Shown piece by piece: positions 31,131 through 40,099 of a DNA stretch of 64,000 nucleotides. The stretch is from Candidatus Sabulitectum sp. (GTDB taxonomy: Bacteria; Fermentibacterota; Fermentibacteria; Fermentibacterales; JCC-6): assembly GCA_023145375.1 (NCBI GenBank), contig JAGLDY010000007.1:4391-68390 (forward strand), read 5' to 3'. The notes under the pieces are model-generated. The model did no database searches and was not told the origin of the DNA. It saw nothing but the letters and a program-made list of their open reading frames with translations. The position numbers and the translations under genes were made by a program. Each line of letters opens with the position of its first letter. Position 1 is the stretch's first letter.

Positions 31131-32207
31131 ATGAAGACCATCTTCCTCTATTCAGCAATAACCACCATTCTGATTGCTCAGGCTTTCGGATTCGGGTATT
31201 ACGATTCAGTAACAAAAGGAACCCCTGTCCCCGGTATCACCCCATCAACTACCGCTCTTGGATCGGTTCGTGCACTGGGAGTAACTGAAGCTGCAAGCAT
31301 TTTTTACAACCCGGCACAGACCGCATTCTTATCTGCAGATATTCAACTTGCCGGTTCTACCATTCAGTGGACTGAGCGGGTTATTCAAACCGATATCGAG
31401 AAAACCGTCAGAACCTACATGACAAATGACAACGGCACTGCCGCTATGATCTTTCCTGCAGGACCTTTTGTTTTCGGCGCAGGAATTGCAAAGATCGGTG
31501 AGTTCGGTTATGAAGGTTCCCATACGGTCTATGATGATCCTGATGATCCTGAGCTTGGAGTTGCCGTCCTTTATGCTGAAGGTTCGCAATGGGAAACCCT
31601 TGCCGGCGTTTCTGCTGTGATCACAGGACGATTATCTGCAGGGTTCTCCGGCGGAGTTAGAATGGTAAATGCAGACTACATCTATGAATTCAACAGTCAC
31701 CAGTTCCTGATCCCGGATTCATCAGCCACATGGAATGTGGAGGATAAGGAATTTGCATGGCATGCTGGTATTGCGCTTGATGGAGATATGTTCAAATCGG
31801 GCATTTCATATTCGTCTAAAACTGACTACATGGATGATGTAATTGCAGTTGGTGTAAGTGCCCTTGCTCCCCACCTGAAATACACTACTGTTGGATTTGA
31901 GGCAGAGGTGGCATCACCTCTGGATAAGAACCAATTCCTGGGTAATCTGTTTGTGATTATGCCTCTTACAGAGCAGATGAACATTCTTACCAGTGTTAGT
32001 TTTGATGACAATCGTGTTGCCAATCGAGCAGGTCTGGGATTTGGCCTTGGCTTTGATCTTCAACTTGATCGTTTCTCCGTGGGTTGTGGATTACTGAACA
32101 GATTCAAAGCGCGGAAGAACACTGCATTCCCAAATGAACAATCCGACAGAGTTGATGACTCTTCAACTATGCTTACTCTGGGATTCTCCTATCTTTTAGG
32201 AAACTAG
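31131..32207 (+). CDS. Outer-membrane beta-barrel protein (FadL/PorV-like), tandem paralog
   Basis: Signal peptide, ASIFYNPA, shared GIAKI-x3-Y-x-G motif with the upstream gene, C-terminal LGFSY; same length (358 aa). Confidence 0.72.
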   Translation: MKTIFLYSAITTILIAQAFGFGYYDSVTKGTPVPGITPSTTALGSVRALGVTEAASIFYNPAQTAFLSADIQLAGSTIQWTERVIQTDIEKTVRTYMTNDNGTAAMIFPAGPFVFGAGIAKIGEFGYEGSHTVYDDPDDPELGVAVLYAEGSQWETLAGVSAVITGRLSAGFSGGVRMVNADYIYEFNSHQFLIPDSSATWNVEDKEFAWHAGIALDGDMFKSGISYSSKTDYMDDVIAVGVSALAPHLKYTTVGFEAEVASPLDKNQFLGNLFVIMPLTEQMNILTSVSFDDNRVANRAGLGFGLGFDLQLDRFSVGCGLLNRFKARKNTAFPNEQSDRVDDSSTMLTLGFSYLLGN

Positions 32208-32214
32208 GCAACAT

Positions 32215-35052
32215 ATGCCCTTCGGATCCAATTCGTGGACAAGGCTGGCATATACACCATCTTCCGGTAAGATGAAGGTGGACGGTGATCTGTTTGCAGT
32301 TCTTGGTATCAATGCCGATGAGATCATCCATTCAGAAGATCCATTTAGAATGTTGCCTGATTCTGTGGTTCAGGGGCTTATCCACGGGAAGGACATAGTC
32401 AGAGACGAGGAGCTGTCGCTTGTAATTATTCCAGGGAAAACAGGGCATAGTAACTCTGTTACCATCATTGCTGAGCAGATTGCTGATTTCGATCTTGTGT
32501 CTGATATTGCCGGCGGCGTTGTGGGGTTTTCCCCAGACGGTACTATCCTCCGGTGGAATTTAAGAATGACCTACCTGTTCGGTCCCCGCGAGAAAGATGT
32601 TATCGGGAGGAGCGCTGCAGATATTCTCCCCACCCCTGTCTTGTACGATTGGGGAAGCGTTATTTCATCCGCACATCTTGGGCACGAGGTCAGAATAGAA
32701 TTCCAGCCTTCAGGAGAAAGAAGAGTAGAGGGAGTTCTTAGTAGAGGCGGCCCCGGTGTTATTGGATTGTTCCGTGACTCAACGGAGAGTTACAAAACAA
32801 GCAAGCGACTTCGCGCTCTTAACAGACTTAATCAGGCATATCTTCAGTCTACTGGAACCGGGCTTCTGCTTCTGGACAGCAGGTTGCGCATACTTCTGTC
32901 TAACTCCGGCTTCACCAGGATAACCGGCCACAGAGGGTCACTGATCGGTTTACAGCTGCATGACATTCTTTCTGCTGAATCGTACAAATGGGTTCACGAT
33001 GCTTCGGAACATCTCTCGGCGGATGAGAGAACAGAACAATCCGGAGTTGTCTCATTTGTGAATCAGGACGGCAGACAGGTAACCCTTCGGCACACGCTCA
33101 GGGCAGTAAGGAATGAAACGAACCAGGCCTTGAATTTCGTCTGTCTTTTTGAGGATGAGACCGACCTCACCATCTTTCGGGAAAGCGTCGTTCATCTAAA
33201 AAAATGTTTAACAAGTATTTCAAAAATATCTGAGGGGATCCAGGGAAATGAATCAGGAGAAGATCACAGCATTTGTGAGGAACTCTTAAGAGTTACCAGA
33301 TCTACAGCCGTTGCACAATTTTACTATGATCCCTATGGAACGATGAGACTATCCAGTAGTGCAGGAAGCTGGCCCAGAGATCATCCTGTTAAGGAGTTGA
33401 GTGAGCTCGGTTTTCCAGCTTTTGTATGGGCGGGAGACAAACTGTACAGGATTGCATCAGCGGAAATGGGGAAGCTTTCCGGTGACTTCAAATCCTGTGC
33501 TGTGCTGCCTATAGGTAAAGGAGTTCACAACCGGGGATTTCTTTTGCTCACAGATTCATTGCTTTCAGATTCAGATTCAGATTCAGCCCTGCTCAATACC
33601 ATATCTTCGATGATCGATATCCACCACCAGATCGTCCATGAAAGAACAGCCCGATCAGTTGCAGAGAAACATCTGGAGCTGAATGCAGGATTCGCAGAGA
33701 CGCTTTTTGACGGGATTCCCCTTCCCATTGCCATTATCAGGATGGATGGAAGGGTGGACCACTGGAACAGGGCAATGGAACAGGTATCCGGTGTGAAAGC
33801 CGGTGAAGTGGGGAATGAGGATATAGACAACCTCATTGATCCTGACAGAACCGGATTCACGCTTGATTCTCACGTGTCAGGGTCAGACCTTGAGGAAGAC
33901 AATTCTTCAGTAGAGTGGACGGTTAGAAGAAGGGATGGAACCAGGTCTGCCTTACACAGATGGAATGTTTCTATTATCGACCCCTCGGTAGGTTACATGG
34001 GAGACCCTGCGTTTCTTGTTACAGGTATTGCATCAGAAGACATATCCCCCGGTTCCGATGTCTTGTCATCGAGTTTGTTGGACAGAAGGCTGTTACTAAA
34101 TGAGATAACCGGGTTGTTTGCTGCGTTATCCCCGGATGATGTTCTGCTTACACTGTCCCGGATCTGCTTTATCACCGGGGGAATCGGCACAATAGAATTT
34201 CACAGCAACGGTGAATTTGTGGCTGTTTTTCCTGAAACAGACAACAGGAAAGAGAATGTGGACTGGGATTTCCAGTTAACCAGGTCTATTTTTGGAATTG
34301 AGTACGATATAAAGGTCTCCGGCTTTCCAACTCAGGACACAGTAAATTCTGTTATAGATCTCATTTCCTTCAGAGATTCCGGCAATTCGAGAGCGCACCT
34401 CCATTCAGAGCCCGAAACCCTTGAGATCCAGAAATACTCCACGGGACTCACCGATTATCTGGAGAAGTTCTTTTCAGATTCCATTGAGCAGAGTAATGCC
34501 ATGGTGCATCTTGTAGACAGAACAGACCCGCTGGCAGGATTTGCAAGAACAATGCTTTACTCCCATGAAACAGCCTCAAGGGTCTCCCATCTTCTCAGTC
34601 TTTCCATTCTTGTAAGATCCGGTGGTTTCAAAGAAGAGTATCCTGACAGATTTCTCACCAGACTCCACAGCGTTTTTGCTGAAAAGGGGCTTCGCCCTCC
34701 TTCTCTTTCTCTAGGCGACAAACTACCTCTTGTTATGATAATTCCCCATGTCATTCTTCATTGTTTTGCCATACTATGTCAGCTGGCAATACCGCATGGA
34801 GTGGTTTTGTTCACTGCACGGAGTGCGGATAATAGTGATGAAGATGTAACTGGTGTCCGCATAATTCTCAGTGGTTTGAACGAATCATTGCAGACGCTTT
34901 CACAGGAGGATATCCATCAGCAGCTTGGAAGAGGAGTGTTTGGTACAGGAACAGAGGCCGGAATCATTTTCAGGCTGTTGAAGTGCTCAGGCTGCGAACT
35001 TCTTTCCATGAGTAATGGAGAAATGACTTTCCTGCTGGACCCGGCATACTGA
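32215..35052 (+). CDS. Multi-PAS/GAF sensor protein with degenerate histidine-kinase-like C-terminus
   Basis: Three PAS-like segments (DGTILRWN, RILLSNSGF, DGRVDHWNRAM), a GAF-like region, and a HisKA/HATPase-like tail without an H-box. Confidence 0.8.
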   Translation: MPFGSNSWTRLAYTPSSGKMKVDGDLFAVLGINADEIIHSEDPFRMLPDSVVQGLIHGKDIVRDEELSLVIIPGKTGHSNSVTIIAEQIADFDLVSDIAGGVVGFSPDGTILRWNLRMTYLFGPREKDVIGRSAADILPTPVLYDWGSVISSAHLGHEVRIEFQPSGERRVEGVLSRGGPGVIGLFRDSTESYKTSKRLRALNRLNQAYLQSTGTGLLLLDSRLRILLSNSGFTRITGHRGSLIGLQLHDILSAESYKWVHDASEHLSADERTEQSGVVSFVNQDGRQVTLRHTLRAVRNETNQALNFVCLFEDETDLTIFRESVVHLKKCLTSISKISEGIQGNESGEDHSICEELLRVTRSTAVAQFYYDPYGTMRLSSSAGSWPRDHPVKELSELGFPAFVWAGDKLYRIASAEMGKLSGDFKSCAVLPIGKGVHNRGFLLLTDSLLSDSDSDSALLNTISSMIDIHHQIVHERTARSVAEKHLELNAGFAETLFDGIPLPIAIIRMDGRVDHWNRAMEQVSGVKAGEVGNEDIDNLIDPDRTGFTLDSHVSGSDLEEDNSSVEWTVRRRDGTRSALHRWNVSIIDPSVGYMGDPAFLVTGIASEDISPGSDVLSSSLLDRRLLLNEITGLFAALSPDDVLLTLSRICFITGGIGTIEFHSNGEFVAVFPETDNRKENVDWDFQLTRSIFGIEYDIKVSGFPTQDTVNSVIDLISFRDSGNSRAHLHSEPETLEIQKYSTGLTDYLEKFFSDSIEQSNAMVHLVDRTDPLAGFARTMLYSHETASRVSHLLSLSILVRSGGFKEEYPDRFLTRLHSVFAEKGLRPPSLSLGDKLPLVMIIPHVILHCFAILCQLAIPHGVVLFTARSADNSDEDVTGVRIILSGLNESLQTLSQEDIHQQLGRGVFGTGTEAGIIFRLLKCSGCELLSMSNGEMTFLLDPAY

Positions 35053-35116
35053 GAAAACCGCTCGATTCTTTTTTCATCTTGTATATTCCCGCTTACAATA
35101 CACAGGAGGCCTGATT

Positions 35117-37576
35117 GTGAGTGCTTACAATTTCAAAGGTTTAGAAAAGAAGTGGTCTCCCATCTGGGAGGATATGGATCTGTACAAGACAGGTGATGAC
35201 CAGGGAAATAAGAATTTTTACTGTCTTGACTATTTTCCCTATCCATCCGGGGCAGGATTGTCTGTGGGACATTGCAGAAACTACATTCCCACAGATGTTA
35301 TCTGTCGTAAAAAGAGAATGGATGGGCACAATGTTCTGCACCCCATGGGTTGGGATGCATTTGGTCAGCCTGCAGAAGAGTATGCTATTAAAACAGGTAT
35401 GCACCCTGCTGAAGTCACCAGGATCAACACAGAGAACTACAAGAGACAGATGAAACTCTTTGAAGCCGGTTATGACTGGGACAGGGAGATAAATTCAAGT
35501 CACCCTGATTACTACAAATGGACTCAGTTCTTCTTTCTTCTGCTCTTCGACAGAGGGCTCGCGTATCAATCTGATAATTTCCAGATGTACTGTCCGCAGT
35601 GCAGGATAGTTCTTTCAAACGAGGAGTCCGCAGGGGGTATATGCTGGAGATGCAGTAGTGAGGTGGTAAAAAAGAGGCTTCCGCAGTGGTATTTCAGGAT
35701 CACAGATTACGCGGACAGACTTCTGGACGAGCTTGATGATCTTGACTGGCCTGAAAACATAAAGGCCATGCAGAGGAACTGGATAGGCCGTTCTCACGGG
35801 GCGGAGGTTGTTTTTACGGTTAAGACGGAAGAAGAACTTGTCCATCTCCCTGTTTACACAACAAGGATAGATACAATTTTCGGAGCAACATTCTGTGTTC
35901 TTGCTCCGGAGCACCCGGACCTTCTGCAAATAACCACAGAGAAGTGTAGAAAAGATGTTCAAGAGTATATAAGATCATCCAGTACTAAAACGGATCTTCA
36001 GCGTCTTGTGGCCAGCGAAAAAGGGAAGACTGGCATCTTTACCGGAGCCTATGCAACAAACCCCTTTAATGGCAAAGAAATACCCGTGTGGACTGCTGAC
36101 TATGTACTGGCAGGATATGGAACAGCGGCGATAATGGCAGTTCCTGCACACGACGAGAGGGATCATGCGTTTGCCAGGAAGTATGATCTTCCTATCATTG
36201 AAGTCATTGCTCCAGACGGAGTGCCTCAGGGTGTTGAAGATGAAGCAACTGTGGCTGATGGTCAACTCATCAACAGTGGACAGTTCTCCGGACTCAGCTC
36301 AGAGGAATCCAGGGAGACAATGGCCGAATTCGCTGAGAACAACAACTTTGGTAAAGCAGAGACCCGTTACAGGATCAGAGACTGGCTGGTGAGCAGACAG
36401 AGATACTGGGGGGCTCCCATACCCATTATCCACTGCGATAATTGCGGAGCTGTTCCAGAGAGAAATCTTCCTGTGATACTCCCTGATGTGAAGAGTTATG
36501 AACCGGATGATACTGGACGATCCCCCCTGGCGGCATGCGAGGACTGGGTGAACACAACCTGCCCTGAGTGCGGTTCTCCTGCTAAGCGTGAAACCAGTAC
36601 CATGGCCGGATTTGCCTGCTCAAGCTGGTATTTCCTCAGGTTTGCTTCCCCAAACTGTACGGATGCTCCTTTTGACATTGAAGAAGTTAACAAGTGGCTT
36701 CCTGTTGACCTTTATGTAGGTGGCGCAGAGCATGCGGTAATGCACCTTATCTATGCCAGGTTCTGGACTAAGGTGATGTACGACGCAGGCATGCTGAACT
36801 TCACGGAGCCCTTCACCTGTCTGAAGAATCAGGGGATGCTTATCAGCTACGACCATCAGAAGATGTCTAAGAGCAAGGGTAATGTGATCACACCGGACGA
36901 AATGATCGTGAAGTACGGTGCGGATGCTCTGAGGCTCTACATAATCTTTATGGGGCCGTTCGAGGCTGAAATTGAATGGAGCGAAGAGGGGCTTGCAGGT
37001 ACCTACCGGTTTGTGAAGCGCATCTGGAATCTCTTCCTTGAAACTGCTGATTTCAAGGAGATCGAAACTGATGAGGTTTTCCAGAAGGAACTCCGATATG
37101 AACTTGCCAGAACCATAAAGAAGGTCACTGAGGATATTGATGGTTTTCAGTTCAACACAGGTGTCGCGGCGATGATGGAATTCTTGAATTTCCTCTCTGT
37201 GAACAGGGATAAAGCAGCTTCAGTCTCTGCCGCCTGGAGAAAAGCTCAGCAGGATTTCCTTACAGTACTCGCTCCGGCGGCGCCTTTTGTCACCGATGAG
37301 CTATGGCATATCCTTGGCTTCGGTGGCGAGAATGAGACCATCCATACTCAAAAGTGGCCTGAATGGGTAGAGGAGGACCTGGTAAAAGATACAGTTGAAA
37401 TAGTGGTTCAGATAAAGGGAAAGATAAGGGACAGGATATCTGTTCCCGTTAACTCTTCAAAAGAGGAGATAGAGAAGATTGCTCTCAGTCGGGAGAAGAT
37501 ACAGGAGTATTTGAAAGGCTCCATTCCCCGAAGAGTAATAGTTGTTCCAGGCAGACTTGTAAACATCATAGGATAA
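35117..37576 (+). CDS. leuS: Leucine--tRNA ligase
   Basis: [38 protein letters not shown]. Confidence 0.98.
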   Translation: MSAYNFKGLEKKWSPIWEDMDLYKTGDDQGNKNFYCLDYFPYPSGAGLSVGHCRNYIPTDVICRKKRMDGHNVLHPMGWDAFGQPAEEYAIKTGMHPAEVTRINTENYKRQMKLFEAGYDWDREINSSHPDYYKWTQFFFLLLFDRGLAYQSDNFQMYCPQCRIVLSNEESAGGICWRCSSEVVKKRLPQWYFRITDYADRLLDELDDLDWPENIKAMQRNWIGRSHGAEVVFTVKTEEELVHLPVYTTRIDTIFGATFCVLAPEHPDLLQITTEKCRKDVQEYIRSSSTKTDLQRLVASEKGKTGIFTGAYATNPFNGKEIPVWTADYVLAGYGTAAIMAVPAHDERDHAFARKYDLPIIEVIAPDGVPQGVEDEATVADGQLINSGQFSGLSSEESRETMAEFAENNNFGKAETRYRIRDWLVSRQRYWGAPIPIIHCDNCGAVPERNLPVILPDVKSYEPDDTGRSPLAACEDWVNTTCPECGSPAKRETSTMAGFACSSWYFLRFASPNCTDAPFDIEEVNKWLPVDLYVGGAEHAVMHLIYARFWTKVMYDAGMLNFTEPFTCLKNQGMLISYDHQKMSKSKGNVITPDEMIVKYGADALRLYIIFMGPFEAEIEWSEEGLAGTYRFVKRIWNLFLETADFKEIETDEVFQKELRYELARTIKKVTEDIDGFQFNTGVAAMMEFLNFLSVNRDKAASVSAAWRKAQQDFLTVLAPAAPFVTDELWHILGFGGENETIHTQKWPEWVEEDLVKDTVEIVVQIKGKIRDRISVPVNSSKEEIEKIALSREKIQEYLKGSIPRRVIVVPGRLVNIIG

Positions 37577-37584
37577 GGAGAATC

Positions 37585-38064
37585 ATGGCAAAGCAGTACA
37601 GCGCAACACCGGCAATGAACATCAAGACGGACATAGTTTATAAGGTTAAGATAGAAACAGGTAAGGGAACCATCAATCTTGATCTTTTCCCTGAATATGC
37701 TCCTGTGACGGTGAATAACTTTGTTGCACTTGCAAAAGACGGTTTCTATGACGGTGTTTCCTTTCACCGTGTTATCAACAACTTCATGGTTCAGGGCGGT
37801 GACCCCACCGGCACAGGAATGGGTGGACCAGGTTACAACTTCCAGGACGAGTTCTCCGGTAACCCCCTCACCCATGAGACCGGCTCCCTGTCCATGGCCA
37901 ATGCCGGTCCCGGCACCAACGGCAGCCAGTTCTTCATTACACATGCCCCTCAGCCTCATCTCAATGGAAAACACACCGTATTCGGTAAAGTAACTTCCGG
38001 ACAGGATGTTGTTGACACCATTGCCCAGGGTGATGTGATGCTTAAGGTTACAGTAGAAGAGTAA
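37585..38064 (+). CDS. Cyclophilin-type peptidyl-prolyl cis-trans isomerase
   Basis: [32 protein letters not shown]. Confidence 0.96.
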   Translation: MAKQYSATPAMNIKTDIVYKVKIETGKGTINLDLFPEYAPVTVNNFVALAKDGFYDGVSFHRVINNFMVQGGDPTGTGMGGPGYNFQDEFSGNPLTHETGSLSMANAGPGTNGSQFFITHAPQPHLNGKHTVFGKVTSGQDVVDTIAQGDVMLKVTVEE

Positions 38065-38080
38065 CCTCCGGGTATACGAA

Positions 38081-38117
38081 AACAGGGAGGGGGTTCACCC
38101 TTCCCTGTTGTATTTTT
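38081..38117 (+). terminator. Rho-independent terminator
   Basis: AACAGGGAGGGGG-TTCA-CCCTTCCCTGTT followed by GTATTTTT. Confidence 0.75.
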
Positions 38118-38156
38118 GGCGAAAGTGGCGGTTACTCCTGTTACAGGAGGAAATCA

Positions 38157-39689
38157 ATGCTTGCTTTTACCCGCAGTGTAGGTCTTGTTGGAATTAATGC
38201 TTTTCAGGTGGATGTAGAGGTTGACCTGACCCGTGGTCTCCCGACCTTTACCATTGTGGGCCTGCCGGACAATGCAGTAAAAGAATCCAGGGAAAGAGTT
38301 CAGGCCGCAATAGGCAATACGGGTTTTTCACTGCCGTCCAAGAAACTCACCATCAATCTCGCTCCTGCAGGGAGAAAAAAAGAGGGAGCTGCCTTTGACC
38401 TTCCCATTGCTGTAGGTCTTCTGGCCGCCTCAGGCTTTGTTCCAAGGGAAAGGGCCGCCAGGTATGCCTATCTGGCTGAACTTGCTCTTGATGGTACCCT
38501 GAGGCCAGTCAAGGGCGTGCTTCCCATGGCTGCAGGGCTGAACGGGCAGGGTATCGATGGCTTTATTGTACCCACTGTAAATGCAGGTGAGGCAGTTATC
38601 GCTTCGCCTGTACCTGTGTTCCCTGCGGATAATCTGGAACAGGTCTCACTTTTCCTTCAGGGGCTGAACAATCTGAAAGAATCAACTGAAACAGATATTC
38701 TCCATCAGACTGAGCTTACTATCGCTGACTTCTCCGAGGTCAGAGGGCAGCAGCAGGCGAAAAGAGCTCTCGAGATTGCCGCAGCAGGTGGCCACAACGT
38801 CCTGATGATAGGCCCGCCTGGTTCAGGGAAAACCATGCTCTCAGCTCGCCTTCCCGGAATACTGCCCCCCATGTCCCGGGAAGAAGCTGTTGAAACCACA
38901 AAGGTTCACAGCGTAGCAGGGCTTCTTCCAGAGGGTCAGGCTCTTGTTACCCATCGTCCTTTCCGTGCCCCCCATCACACGGTATCAACCCCCGGCCTTG
39001 CCGGTGGCGGTTCAAATCCCCGCCCTGGCGAGGTGAGCCTTGCCCACAATGGAGTTCTTTTTCTGGACGAACTTCCGGAGTTCAAAAGGGGAGCTCTTGA
39101 GGTCATGCGTCAGCCAATGGAGTCAGGGAAAGTGATCATTTCAAGATCAGCGGCAAGCGTAGAGCTTCCAGCACGGTTCATGCTTATTGCCGCCATGAAC
39201 CCATGTCCCTGCGGTTATCTTACCCATCCGGCAAAGTCCTGCAACTGCACGGCCTCTCAGGTTCAGCGTTATCTGGGGAAGATCTCCGGCCCCCTGCTGG
39301 ACAGGATAGACATTCATCTTGAGGTCCTTCCCGTTCCAAGAAATGAACTGGGAGATATCAACCCGTCAGGGGAGACCAGCGCAGAGATCAGAGAGAGAGT
39401 AGTAAAGGCAAGGAAAATACAGACAGAGCGTTTCAAGACCATCTCGGGAGTTCACTGCAACGCCCACATGACAAGTACACTTACAAGAACTCACTGTGCC
39501 CTTGATCCCTCAGGCAGAAAACTTCTCGACACAGCTGCCGCAAGGTTCGGTCTCTCTGCAAGAGGCTATTACAGAACTCTCCGTGTAGCCAGAACCATTG
39601 CTGACCTGGAAGCCGCAGAGAAGGTTACAAGCGCCCATATTGCAGAAGCTGTACAGTACCGGGCTCTGGAAAAAGACTACTGGGTGTAA
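38157..39689 (+). CDS. comM: YifB/ComM family Mg-chelatase-like AAA+ ATPase
   Basis: VGLPDNAVKESRERV, GPPGSGKT, RPFRAPHH, GVLFLDE, AMNPCPCG. Confidence 0.93.
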   Translation: MLAFTRSVGLVGINAFQVDVEVDLTRGLPTFTIVGLPDNAVKESRERVQAAIGNTGFSLPSKKLTINLAPAGRKKEGAAFDLPIAVGLLAASGFVPRERAARYAYLAELALDGTLRPVKGVLPMAAGLNGQGIDGFIVPTVNAGEAVIASPVPVFPADNLEQVSLFLQGLNNLKESTETDILHQTELTIADFSEVRGQQQAKRALEIAAAGGHNVLMIGPPGSGKTMLSARLPGILPPMSREEAVETTKVHSVAGLLPEGQALVTHRPFRAPHHTVSTPGLAGGGSNPRPGEVSLAHNGVLFLDELPEFKRGALEVMRQPMESGKVIISRSAASVELPARFMLIAAMNPCPCGYLTHPAKSCNCTASQVQRYLGKISGPLLDRIDIHLEVLPVPRNELGDINPSGETSAEIRERVVKARKIQTERFKTISGVHCNAHMTSTLTRTHCALDPSGRKLLDTAAARFGLSARGYYRTLRVARTIADLEAAEKVTSAHIAEAVQYRALEKDYWV

Positions 39690-39725
39690 ATGTGAACCCA
39701 AACAGAGTATCACAACAGGCGAGAA

Positions 39726-40034
39726 ATGAAAAAAATAGCCCCATTACATCCAGGCGAGGTACTCTTTGAAGAATTTATGATCCCACTGGGAATCAGCCAG
39801 AACAAGCTTGGAAAGGAGCTGTGCGTTTCTCCAAGACGTATAAATGAGATTGTACATGGTAAGCGCCGGATCACTGCTGACACTGCTCTGCGGTTGAGTA
39901 TATTTTTCGGCAGTTCTCCAGACTTCTGGCTTGGTCTGCAGATAGACTTTGATCTGGACAGTGAAATTGATTTGAAATGGGATCAGATAGCAAAGCAGGT
40001 ACACAGGTTTCAAACTATTCAGGTAACAGGATAG
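39726..40034 (+). CDS. higA: HigA/VapI family antitoxin (HTH)
   Basis: PLHPGEVL, RINEIVHGKRRITADTALRL, FWLGLQ. Confidence 0.92.
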   Translation: MKKIAPLHPGEVLFEEFMIPLGISQNKLGKELCVSPRRINEIVHGKRRITADTALRLSIFFGSSPDFWLGLQIDFDLDSEIDLKWDQIAKQVHRFQTIQVTG

Positions 40035-40050
40035 GTTTCCAGAATCGGTT

Positions 40051-40086
40051 GAAAGAAGAGGGGCACCTTGCGGTGCCCCTCTTTCA
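40051..40086. terminator. Bidirectional terminator
   Basis: AAGAGGGGCACC-TTGC-GGTGCCCCTCTT, 12-bp stem between convergent genes. Confidence 0.8.
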
Positions 40087-40099
40087 GTGGTTCAGATGA

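Noticed and set aside
33565..33586. (TCAGAT)3.7 tandem repeat
   Set aside because: Short in-frame hexamer encoding SDSDSDS; it cannot cause phase-variable frameshifts.
38157..39689. Mobile element insertion in comM, a known integration hotspot
   Set aside because: The ORF is intact and no integrase is nearby.
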